Below are positions 1 through 7,989 of a DNA stretch of 64,000 nucleotides, in pieces. Each line of letters opens with the position of its first letter. The first letter of the stretch is position 1. The stretch lies in contig CAMDOA010000005.1 in NCBI GenBank assembly GCA_945903305.1, positions 494-64,493 on the forward strand, given 5' to 3'. Both the position numbers and the translations under genes were made by a program. The notes beneath the pieces were generated by a model, which saw only the letters and a program-made list of their open reading frames with translations, did not search any database and was not told the DNA's origin. This DNA comes from Chitinophaga pinensis (GTDB lineage: Bacteria > Bacteroidota > Bacteroidia > Chitinophagales > UBA10324).

Positions 1-1
1 C

Positions 2-205
2 ATAGATTCGGTTTCAACTCTTAAATATAGTAATGAGCTAAAAGAGGCATATCAATATCTTGGAAATTATAATACTTTAAAAGGTAACTATGATGAAGCA
101 TTAATTTTTTATGAAAAATTTTTATTGCTTAAGCCAGATGATGTGGATGTGAAAAAAACCATTGATGCAATCAAAGCATCAAAAAAAAGTACAAAACCAA
201 AATAG
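2..205 (+). CDS. 3' end of a tetratricopeptide-repeat protein (partial, runs off the left edge)
   Basis: Frame 2 is open from the edge to TAG at 203-205. My translation contains EAYQYLGNYNTLKGNYDEALIFYEKFLLLKPDD, a TPR-consensus helix pair. Confidence 0.75.
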   Translation: MDSVSTLKYSNELKEAYQYLGNYNTLKGNYDEALIFYEKFLLLKPDDVDVKKTIDAIKASKKSTKPK

Positions 206-232
206 AAAATTATTTATTCTGAAATTACATTC

Positions 233-270
233 AAACCTCAATGACGAAAGTCATTGAGGTTTTCTTTTTA
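233..270 (+). terminator. Intrinsic terminator (perfect 13-bp stem, GAAA loop, T-rich tail)
   Basis: AAACCTCAATGAC-GAAA-GTCATTGAGGTTT followed by TCTTTTTA, 28 nt after the TPR stop. Confidence 0.7.
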
Positions 271-299
271 TAAGATTACTTTTATCAAAACATTTAATT

Positions 300-1112
300 A
301 TGGCAGGTATACTCTTTCCCACCGATTTTTCCGTTGATTCAATCAACGCGCTCGATTTTGCAATTCAAATTGCAAAGCGAAACAGCACCCGCATTATTCT
401 TTTTCATGCTTACCAGTTACATGCAATGGAACCGAGCATGCCATTGCCTGAAATTACAGTAGAGGCCATTCAGGAAAGTGTAATGAAACGATTGGAAAAT
501 CTGAAGAACGATATGTTACAGAAAGAAAATCTACACATTGAAACTGCTTCAGGTTTTGGTTTTACCACTGATGCCATAAATCAGGCAACAGAAGATTTTG
601 ATATAGATTATGTGGTAATGGGAACCACAGGTGCTTCCGGAATTTCAAGAGTTATAATGGGAAGTAATACTGCTGCTTGTATTGATAAAATTAAAAAACC
701 TGTTATTGCTATTCCAAAGAATTCGCAATTCAGGGGTTTCGATAAAATTATTTTTGCTTCTGCATTGCACGAAGAAGAATTGCCGGCGCTTGAAAAACTG
801 AATGAGTTACTTAAACATTTTGGAGCCGAAGTTCATGTGGTACACACATTTAATCCGGATGATAAACAACGGATGGAATTAAATAAATTTCAGGAGTTAG
901 CTGATGCAAAATTGTATAATGTAAAAACCTTTTATCGGCAGTTCAGCGGAAGTGTTATTGAAGGCATTGAGCAGGCAATTCGATTGCAGAAAACCGATGC
1001 ACTGGTTATGGTGACACATCACCGTGGTTTCTTTAAAAAATTATTCGACAGAAGTATTACCAAGCAAATGATTTATCACACTGATGTTCCGCTTATTGCT
1101 TTTCAGGCATAA
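300..1112 (+). CDS. Universal stress protein (tandem Usp domains)
   Basis: N-terminal ILFPTDFS, VVMGTTGASG...MGSNT motif, C-terminal DALVMVTHHRGFF...VPLIAF. Confidence 0.93.
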   Translation: MAGILFPTDFSVDSINALDFAIQIAKRNSTRIILFHAYQLHAMEPSMPLPEITVEAIQESVMKRLENLKNDMLQKENLHIETASGFGFTTDAINQATEDFDIDYVVMGTTGASGISRVIMGSNTAACIDKIKKPVIAIPKNSQFRGFDKIIFASALHEEELPALEKLNELLKHFGAEVHVVHTFNPDDKQRMELNKFQELADAKLYNVKTFYRQFSGSVIEGIEQAIRLQKTDALVMVTHHRGFFKKLFDRSITKQMIYHTDVPLIAFQA

Positions 1113-1164
1113 CTGCCTGAAGAAAAAATTAGACAAGCAAAATTTTTATTTACCTGAAAAAATC

Positions 1165-2775
1165 TTAGTAGTATTTATAAATGTCTTCATAAAAAATCAA
1201 TTCACTATTTCTGATATCACACAGATTATATCGGATATACACCGGAAGTTTTTTACTTAAATCAATTTGTTTTTTTGTTTTCGTATTCAGCCAGTGTTTA
1301 ATACTGTCAGCCGGATATTTAACTGAATCAGGATTGGCAATCTGATAAGCAAGATTTACTGCTTGCTCAACTCTGATACATCCATGTGATAAAGCCCGAT
1401 AATCTTTTTTGAAAAAAGTGCGGGTGTTTGTTTCATGCAGGTAAACACCATACTTGCTCGGGAAAATAAATTTTACAACCCCTAATGAATTATCCAATCC
1501 TTCGCGCTGTCGAAGTATAAATGGAAAATAGGTTTTGGTGTATTTCTTCCAATTAATTTTGGAAGCATCAATTACTTCACGCGCAGAATTCAAAACTTCC
1601 ATATTTTGTTTTCTTAAGTAAGCAGTATCCTTTTTCAGATGAGGAAGAATTTCTTTGGTAGCAATACTGAACGGAACAGTCCAGTATGGATACAATACAA
1701 AATAATTCACCTTACTGTTTAAAACAGGCGAGGCATGCTTTGGAGAACCACAAATAATTTTCGATTCTAATCGCATTGTGTCATTCATCCAATATTGAAG
1801 ATTGAATGATGGCAGATTAACATACAAAAAACGATCAGGAAAAGTATCGGGTTCGGCGCGCCATTGATCTAATACTAAATTGATTTGGTGAATTCGTTGT
1901 TCAACTGAAACATTCATTGCTTTCAAAGTTCTTTTTCCGGGAACTCCATCAGCAAATAATCCATGTTTTTTCTGGAATGATTTTATAGCCAATACAAGTT
2001 TCAGTGAATCTGATTTTTGATTAGTGTTGTCGAAATCACAACTTTCAAGCAATCTTGTTTTCAAAATATTTTTAAATGAGGAAGAATAGGATGGTGTGTC
2101 TGGAACTTTAGAAAATTTATTATTCATAAAATCCATACGGTAATTTTTCAATGCCAACTTTAACTCCTTATATTGTTGGTGTTGCGGTTCAAATGTCAAC
2201 ATTGTTTGAGTTAGGTTTCCGGAATGAATTCCTCTGAATAACAAAAGCAACAACATGGAATCAGAAAAATGTTTCTCCTTTCTTATCCGAATGCTATCGG
2301 GTGAATATTGTGAAAAGCATAAGCGATTTGCATAACTGAAATAAGCATCGGTCATCAGTACTTCTGCATGCGCATATAAAGCAGCATCGTTAGCATTGAG
2401 TGAATCAGTTTTTGATTTAGCAATAAGCGAAATGATTTTTGTTAATTGCAAGTATTGTGTATCAATACCATTATCGGGAGCATTGGATAATATTTTTAAA
2501 AGAGACTCTGATGCACTTAACCAGTTACTGCTATCGCTCCAAACCGGTTTAAACTTATTTTCGTCATAAAATAAAAAGACAGCTTCATTGTTTTCAATTG
2601 TTTCAATACTGTCAATATTTTCATGTAGAAATTTTACACGGTCTTTAATGTTTTCGGTAATTGCATGGCGAAGTCGGGATGGGTTTTTCACAACATCCGT
2701 TTCTTTTGGAACAGATGGTTTACAACAAATAAATAAAATTGATAAAGCAATAACAGTATAGAAAAAGCGAATCAT
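1165..2775 (-). CDS. L,D-transpeptidase, YcbB/LdtD-like lipoprotein with peptidoglycan-binding domain
   Basis: Lipobox-like LFICC, PG-binding FQKKHGLFADGVPGKRT, YkuD catalytic motifs VYLHET and SHGCIRV, C-terminal DIY. Confidence 0.9.
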   Translation of the reverse strand: MIRFFYTVIALSILFICCKPSVPKETDVVKNPSRLRHAITENIKDRVKFLHENIDSIETIENNEAVFLFYDENKFKPVWSDSSNWLSASESLLKILSNAPDNGIDTQYLQLTKIISLIAKSKTDSLNANDAALYAHAEVLMTDAYFSYANRLCFSQYSPDSIRIRKEKHFSDSMLLLLLFRGIHSGNLTQTMLTFEPQHQQYKELKLALKNYRMDFMNNKFSKVPDTPSYSSSFKNILKTRLLESCDFDNTNQKSDSLKLVLAIKSFQKKHGLFADGVPGKRTLKAMNVSVEQRIHQINLVLDQWRAEPDTFPDRFLYVNLPSFNLQYWMNDTMRLESKIICGSPKHASPVLNSKVNYFVLYPYWTVPFSIATKEILPHLKKDTAYLRKQNMEVLNSAREVIDASKINWKKYTKTYFPFILRQREGLDNSLGVVKFIFPSKYGVYLHETNTRTFFKKDYRALSHGCIRVEQAVNLAYQIANPDSVKYPADSIKHWLNTKTKKQIDLSKKLPVYIRYNLCDIRNSELIFYEDIYKYY

Positions 2776-2801
2776 TAATCAGAAAGACTAATTCTTTAGT
2801 G

Positions 2802-2809
2802 CAAACTTA
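2802..2809 (-). promoter_or_regulatory. Bacteroidota -7 promoter element (TAnnTTTG)
   Basis: Minus strand reads TAAGTTTG, 26 nt upstream of the transpeptidase start. Confidence 0.5.
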
Positions 2810-2847
2810 AACTGAAATTTTTTGAAATAATTGTGTTAATGTGGAAA

Positions 2848-4446
2848 TTACTTTTTTACAAATCTGAATTCCTTTGTACTATTCTCTGAATTAACTTTTA
2901 CAAAATAAATTCCGGGAGGGAGTAGTTGAATGTTTTTTCTGTAAGGAGAAAAGGAAGCATGAAAAATTGTTTCACTTGAAATAATACGACCGATAGCATC
3001 TGATAGTACGATTTCGTAATCGCGATTCTTTTTCAGGCCAGAGAAATTCAATACATCATTGGCGGGGTTTGGATAAATGCCGAAAGCTGGTTCGTTCGTA
3101 AAGTGGGTAATACCAGTTGTATCAGTTGTTGAATCAGCAGGATAAAATGTTTCGAGATACACGCGATATAGTTTATGATTTGCAGCACTAAGCCCCATAT
3201 TCGGCTGTGAAGCTTTAATTCCTCCATACAGGTAACCAATCATGGTTCTGCCGGTATCTTTCCGCAGGTTATAAATACCATAATCGAACTGGGCACCTCT
3301 TTCAGATGCTATAAATTCCATATTGCTGCCAAGCAGACCTGGCATTTTCAAATCAAGAATAGTTTCTGTTGAAGATCCGTCAGGGTTTTTTGTTTGAATG
3401 GTAATATCATTTATAAACGGTATAAGTGAATCCAGAATTTGTATTCCGGCACTATCTAAAAAAGTATGAAGACTTATTCCGCCAAAAAAAATCTGATACA
3501 TTTTATTTTCAGTACTGTCAAACAGTGAAACAACAGGGCAGGTATATTGACTCATCTTTTGATTGAAAGTGTCAACGGTGTAACTGGTTCCATCAAAGTA
3601 TATTGGATTAAGAAATGGCCAATCCTGATTCTTGCGAAATACACCTCCATATGCGGCGATTCCGGTTTGTCCGGCTGAGTTTTTATAATATTCAACATTC
3701 AAATCACGGCGATGAAAATTTGCTGAGTCATATAAAGAGGTGAAGTTGGATATACTAACAGTTGTACCGTTATCCGTAATCTGAAATTTTCTGATAGCTT
3801 CAGTATAATACTGAGTATAAATTACAAATTGTTGATTATAAAAACCATCGAATCTGTTTCCCATTACCAGGAAATAATCATTACCCAATTTCATTAGTTT
3901 TCCGCCAGTAACTGCGGCAACCGTGTCGTATGTACTCCGAATGTGTTGTTGCGCACTGATTGTTGATTGATTAATTACAGCATCTATCATTTCATTCACA
4001 TCAATTGAAATAATATAGGGTGCAGTATAAAATCCGGTACTGACTTCCCATGTATATCCTCCGAGGATAAACAGATTATTTCCTTCTTGCCAGAATTGGG
4101 TATTTGTGCTGCGGAGTAAAGAATGATAAATTGAATCAAGCGAGTCAACAGAAAAGGAAGTAACCTGCCAATTCGAAGTGTCGATTACTAAAATATTACT
4201 GTTGGCATAAACTGGTTCAAAAGAATTGTTTGTACTGAATCCGTGAAGTCCTTCAATTCGTCCGGTTACAATTAACCATTTACTTCCTGATGTAGCATAC
4301 GCGAAAGAATGAATGCCCGGAAGGTCAGCAATGCTGCTGTCAACTTCTTCCAGACTAATAATAAATTGAAGTGTATCATTTGCAGCCTGCGCAAAACTTA
4401 AGTAAGGCAAAATAAATAAAACAGAAATGAAAAGAATCTTTTTCAT
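2848..4446 (-). CDS. T9SS type A CTD secreted protein, probable kelch-like beta-propeller of unknown function
   Basis: Signal peptide, repeated GG-type blade motifs (ILGGY, VTGG, AYGGVF, FFGGIS, LYGGI), C-terminal IYPNPA...GIYFVKV...FVKK. Confidence 0.8.
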   Translation of the reverse strand: MKKILFISVLFILPYLSFAQAANDTLQFIISLEEVDSSIADLPGIHSFAYATSGSKWLIVTGRIEGLHGFSTNNSFEPVYANSNILVIDTSNWQVTSFSVDSLDSIYHSLLRSTNTQFWQEGNNLFILGGYTWEVSTGFYTAPYIISIDVNEMIDAVINQSTISAQQHIRSTYDTVAAVTGGKLMKLGNDYFLVMGNRFDGFYNQQFVIYTQYYTEAIRKFQITDNGTTVSISNFTSLYDSANFHRRDLNVEYYKNSAGQTGIAAYGGVFRKNQDWPFLNPIYFDGTSYTVDTFNQKMSQYTCPVVSLFDSTENKMYQIFFGGISLHTFLDSAGIQILDSLIPFINDITIQTKNPDGSSTETILDLKMPGLLGSNMEFIASERGAQFDYGIYNLRKDTGRTMIGYLYGGIKASQPNMGLSAANHKLYRVYLETFYPADSTTDTTGITHFTNEPAFGIYPNPANDVLNFSGLKKNRDYEIVLSDAIGRIISSETIFHASFSPYRKNIQLLPPGIYFVKVNSENSTKEFRFVKK

Positions 4447-4599
4447 GAAACGAATTTAACTTTCTTATCAATTTACTACTAAAAAATTTTAACAGTTCTT
4501 ATCCATTATCAGCTTAATAATTTTTTTGAAGGGAGTTTATTTAAACAGCATTGTTTATTTACTTTGGCGCAAATAAATTTATTATCGCAGCATTTCATT

Positions 4600-5289
4600 A
4601 TGGAAAAATCAAAAGGTAGATTGATTAATGGAATAGTCATTTTAGTTGCCCTGCATGTAATTGCGTTATGGGGATTAAAATCGGAGTTAACGATGGATTT
4701 TTTCTTTCCATACATTGCAGTACAATTAATTTCCTGTTTTGTATTCCTTATTTATTTTCAGGAACACTGGAATGTGAATGCAGTTTTATTTTTGTTTTTT
4801 ACTTTTTGTGCCGGATTTACAATTCAGGCAATAGGCGTTAATACGGTATCAAGTATCAACAATATTTTTTATGGAGGTTATCCTTTTGGTCCGTTTGAAT
4901 ATGGAGTTGCATTGGGTCCGAAAATTTTTAACACTCCTGTTTTAATCGGGTTAAACTGGTTGATTTTAATTTATTCAATGGGAATTTTATTAAAGAATTT
5001 GCCTTATTCAAAAGTGCAAAAATCATTATTGGGTTCTCTGATGTTATTACTTTATGATATTGTGCTCGAAGCTATGGCCAAACGAAATGAAATGTGGTAC
5101 TGGCGCACCAAGTTAGATCCATCATCGAACATTAACCCGATACCATTGCAGAATTATGCATCGTGGTTTTTAATTTCGTTTTTATTGCTGTTGTATTTTT
5201 ATAATGCAAAAGCAAAACTCAGGAACCCGATTGCACCTGCAGTATTTATTATTATGTTTTTCTTTATCGTAGCCATACAGATTTTATAG
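4600..5289 (+). CDS. Carotenoid biosynthesis membrane protein (CruF/DUF422-like hydratase)
   Basis: Multi-TM, with IGVNT...FG.FEYG.ALGPK...PVLIGLNW, YDIVLE...W.W and PLQNYASWF motifs. ATG at 4600 preferred over the TTG at 4564. Confidence 0.8.
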   Translation: MEKSKGRLINGIVILVALHVIALWGLKSELTMDFFFPYIAVQLISCFVFLIYFQEHWNVNAVLFLFFTFCAGFTIQAIGVNTVSSINNIFYGGYPFGPFEYGVALGPKIFNTPVLIGLNWLILIYSMGILLKNLPYSKVQKSLLGSLMLLLYDIVLEAMAKRNEMWYWRTKLDPSSNINPIPLQNYASWFLISFLLLLYFYNAKAKLRNPIAPAVFIIMFFFIVAIQIL

Positions 5290-5379
5290 ACAATTTAAAT
5301 TGTCAATAAATTGTCATAAATCATTTTTGACTTATGCAAATGTGAGGGTTTGCGTTTCTTATTGTAAACCTTTTCAATT

Positions 5380-6231
5380 ATGCAAAACGAAACCAACAAG
5401 AAATTCAGCGAACAAGGTTCGCTGTTTCCATTCGTCAACTTCATTCAACCTACCATGCATTCCGACGATTGGAACCGGATTGTATTTGCTAAGCACCATC
5501 AGGATTATGGTGCGTTTCAATTGCGTTCGAATTATGGGCAGCAATTAGGGAAATCATTTTTTATTTCAATAGCTATAATATTCCTAAGTATCCATTTGGC
5601 CTTTTTTATGAATCGAGATTCACCCATTTACAATGCAGGAAAATCAACCGAATATATTATCCCTGAGAATATAAAATTTGAAAAGCTTGATACTGAGAAA
5701 AAGAAAATGGTACAAGAAAGTAAACCCAAAAAAAATTCAGCAACCATTATTACTTCTGATAGCAGCTTAAATAAAAATCCGGTTGTAAAGGAATTACCTG
5801 ATTCAGGATTCGGAAGTGGTACTGACACTTCCGGAATATTTAAACCTGTTGTTAAGGGTTCAATCGGCGGAGGAAAATCAACTGGCAGCAAAACAACAGA
5901 AAGTGAAAAAGACAGTGTGGTTACCTGGGCACCAGAAATGCCTGAATTTCCAGGAGGGATAAAGGCTTTGAATAAATACATTTCAAAAAATTTAAAAACA
6001 AATAATCAGTGGAGAGAAAGCGGGAATGCGGGGAAAATCATTTATGAATTTGTGATAGACCGTGATGGAAAAATCACCAACCTGAAAGTGATTATGGATA
6101 ATGTGAAATATGGAATAGCAGAATTAAATATGACCATGATGAATGATATGCCCAATTGGAAACCTGGAAAAAATAATGGTCACGAGGTCAGGGTTTTATT
6201 CAGGCTTCCTGTTTTATTAATGAAAGAATAA
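5380..6231 (+). CDS. tonB: Energy transducer TonB family protein
   Basis: W..IVF...YGAFQLR N-terminal motif, single TM, MPEFPGG, FVIDRDGKI and WKPGKNNG.V...LPV C-terminal domain. Confidence 0.88.
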   Translation: MQNETNKKFSEQGSLFPFVNFIQPTMHSDDWNRIVFAKHHQDYGAFQLRSNYGQQLGKSFFISIAIIFLSIHLAFFMNRDSPIYNAGKSTEYIIPENIKFEKLDTEKKKMVQESKPKKNSATIITSDSSLNKNPVVKELPDSGFGSGTDTSGIFKPVVKGSIGGGKSTGSKTTESEKDSVVTWAPEMPEFPGGIKALNKYISKNLKTNNQWRESGNAGKIIYEFVIDRDGKITNLKVIMDNVKYGIAELNMTMMNDMPNWKPGKNNGHEVRVLFRLPVLLMKE

Positions 6232-6303
6232 CATTCGGTTCAGGAAGAAATTTGTTGAGCGATTGACGGTTTACACTCATTAATATTTATTTTGCTCCCC
6301 GTA

Positions 6304-7248
6304 ATGAAAACAGCTTACAATTTCCTTCGGCTAATCAGGTATCCGAATTTATTATTTATCATACTCACACAATGTTTTTTTCATTTTCTTATTGTCATTC
6401 CAATCCTCGCTAATTGGGGATTTATTTCAGCGGTCACTAATTTTAATTTCGGTCTTCTTGTTTTAGCTACTGTTTTACTGGCTGCTGGCGGGTATATAAT
6501 AAATGATTATTTCGATGTGAAGATTGATGCAATTAATAAACCTCAGAAACTTTTTATTAGCAAATTAATTCATCGTCGGTCAGCAATTATTGCGCATCAG
6601 GTATTCACTTTTATTGCAATTGCCATTGGCGTTTATTTAGCCTGGCAGGTACAAAATTTCAGACTCGCATTTATTTTTCCAATCGTTGCAGCACTATTGT
6701 GGTTTTATTCCACCACCTACAAACGACAAACTTTTGTTGGAAATTTTATTGTAGCCTTACTTACAGGCCTTGTTGTGCTGATGGTAGTTTTATATGAGCA
6801 ACCCTTATTTAAGCCGACCAACTATGAGCAGGTAATGGCGGGTTATGCCATATTTATCCGCGCTTTTTTTTATTTTCTTTTTGCTTTTTTAGTATCGCTT
6901 ATTCGGGAAATAGTAAAGGATATGGAAGATAAAAACGGCGATGAGATTTATGGATGTAAAACATTGCCAATTATTCTCGGCATGCAGAAAACAAAAAGCA
7001 TTGTTTATTTATTAGGAATCATCGTAATTATACTCATTGGGTTTGTGCAAACCGAACCTTTTTTATCGCGTGATTATTTAACGGTTATTTATTTAATGCA
7101 AACCGTGCAGTTTCCCATGTTTGTTATGCAATGGCTTTTGTATCGGGCCGATACACAAAAAGATTTTAACCGAATAAGCACCTTGGTAAAAGTGGTGATG
7201 CTTATGGGCATTCTGACTATGGGATATTTTTATTTTTTAATGGCCTGA
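6304..7248 (+). CDS. UbiA-family prenyltransferase (DGGGP-synthase-like)
   Basis: LIRYPNL, AGGYIINDYFDVKIDAINKP and REIVKDMEDKNGD...TLP aspartate-rich motifs; multi-TM. Confidence 0.9.
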   Translation: MKTAYNFLRLIRYPNLLFIILTQCFFHFLIVIPILANWGFISAVTNFNFGLLVLATVLLAAGGYIINDYFDVKIDAINKPQKLFISKLIHRRSAIIAHQVFTFIAIAIGVYLAWQVQNFRLAFIFPIVAALLWFYSTTYKRQTFVGNFIVALLTGLVVLMVVLYEQPLFKPTNYEQVMAGYAIFIRAFFYFLFAFLVSLIREIVKDMEDKNGDEIYGCKTLPIILGMQKTKSIVYLLGIIVIILIGFVQTEPFLSRDYLTVIYLMQTVQFPMFVMQWLLYRADTQKDFNRISTLVKVVMLMGILTMGYFYFLMA

Positions 7249-7260
7249 TCAATTTTATTA

Positions 7261-7833
7261 ATGAAAATAATATTGGCCTCACAATCACCGCGCCGTAAGG
7301 AGTTAATGAAACTTGCGGGATATGATTTCGAAATTCGGATATCGAAGGAGGATGAAACAATTAATTCGGAGTGGAACATTTTTGAGGTTCCCGAAAAATT
7401 AGCCATCCGAAAAGCCAATGCCGTGTTCCAGTTTTTATCTGCCAATGATCAATCCATAATTATTGCCGCAGATACGGTTGTGATATTTGAAAATAAAATT
7501 TTAAATAAACCGCAAAATGAAAACGAAGCATTTGAAATGCTTAATGCACTGAATGGAAAAAATCATATTGTAATTACAGGTGTTTGTTTTAAAAGCCGAA
7601 GCAAACAAGTTTCATTCAGTGATGAAACAAAAGTATTTTTCAGGAAACTATTACCTGCTGACTTAAAATTTTATATCGAAAATTTTAAACCATTTGATAA
7701 AGCCGGAAGTTATGGAATACAGGATTGGCTCGGTGTTCGAATTGTGGATAGGATAGAGGGTTGTTATTTTAATGTCATGGGGTTACCGGTTCGAAGGGTA
7801 ATTCAAGAAATAAATGCATTCAATATTTTATAA
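7261..7833 (+). CDS. maf: Maf-family nucleoside triphosphate pyrophosphatase
   Basis: ILASQSPRR, AADTVV, DKAGSYGIQ, NVMGLP. Confidence 0.95.
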   Translation: MKIILASQSPRRKELMKLAGYDFEIRISKEDETINSEWNIFEVPEKLAIRKANAVFQFLSANDQSIIIAADTVVIFENKILNKPQNENEAFEMLNALNGKNHIVITGVCFKSRSKQVSFSDETKVFFRKLLPADLKFYIENFKPFDKAGSYGIQDWLGVRIVDRIEGCYFNVMGLPVRRVIQEINAFNIL

Positions 7834-7989
7834 GGAATCACCCTTTCTTAATTTATAAAAATGGATTTCTGATTTTTAAAATCTGATTTTGAATCTGGAA
7901 TAAATTTTCAAATTAGCCGAACTCTTATTTTCTTTTTTGTTGAATGTCTTAATAGTTATACTTAGTTTCGTTCGAGATAATAATTTCAA

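Noticed and set aside
6304-7248. Evidence of archaeal-type ether lipid synthesis or transfer from archaea
   Set aside because: This UbiA subfamily is common in Bacteroidota, and no GGGP synthase or G1P dehydrogenase is in the window.
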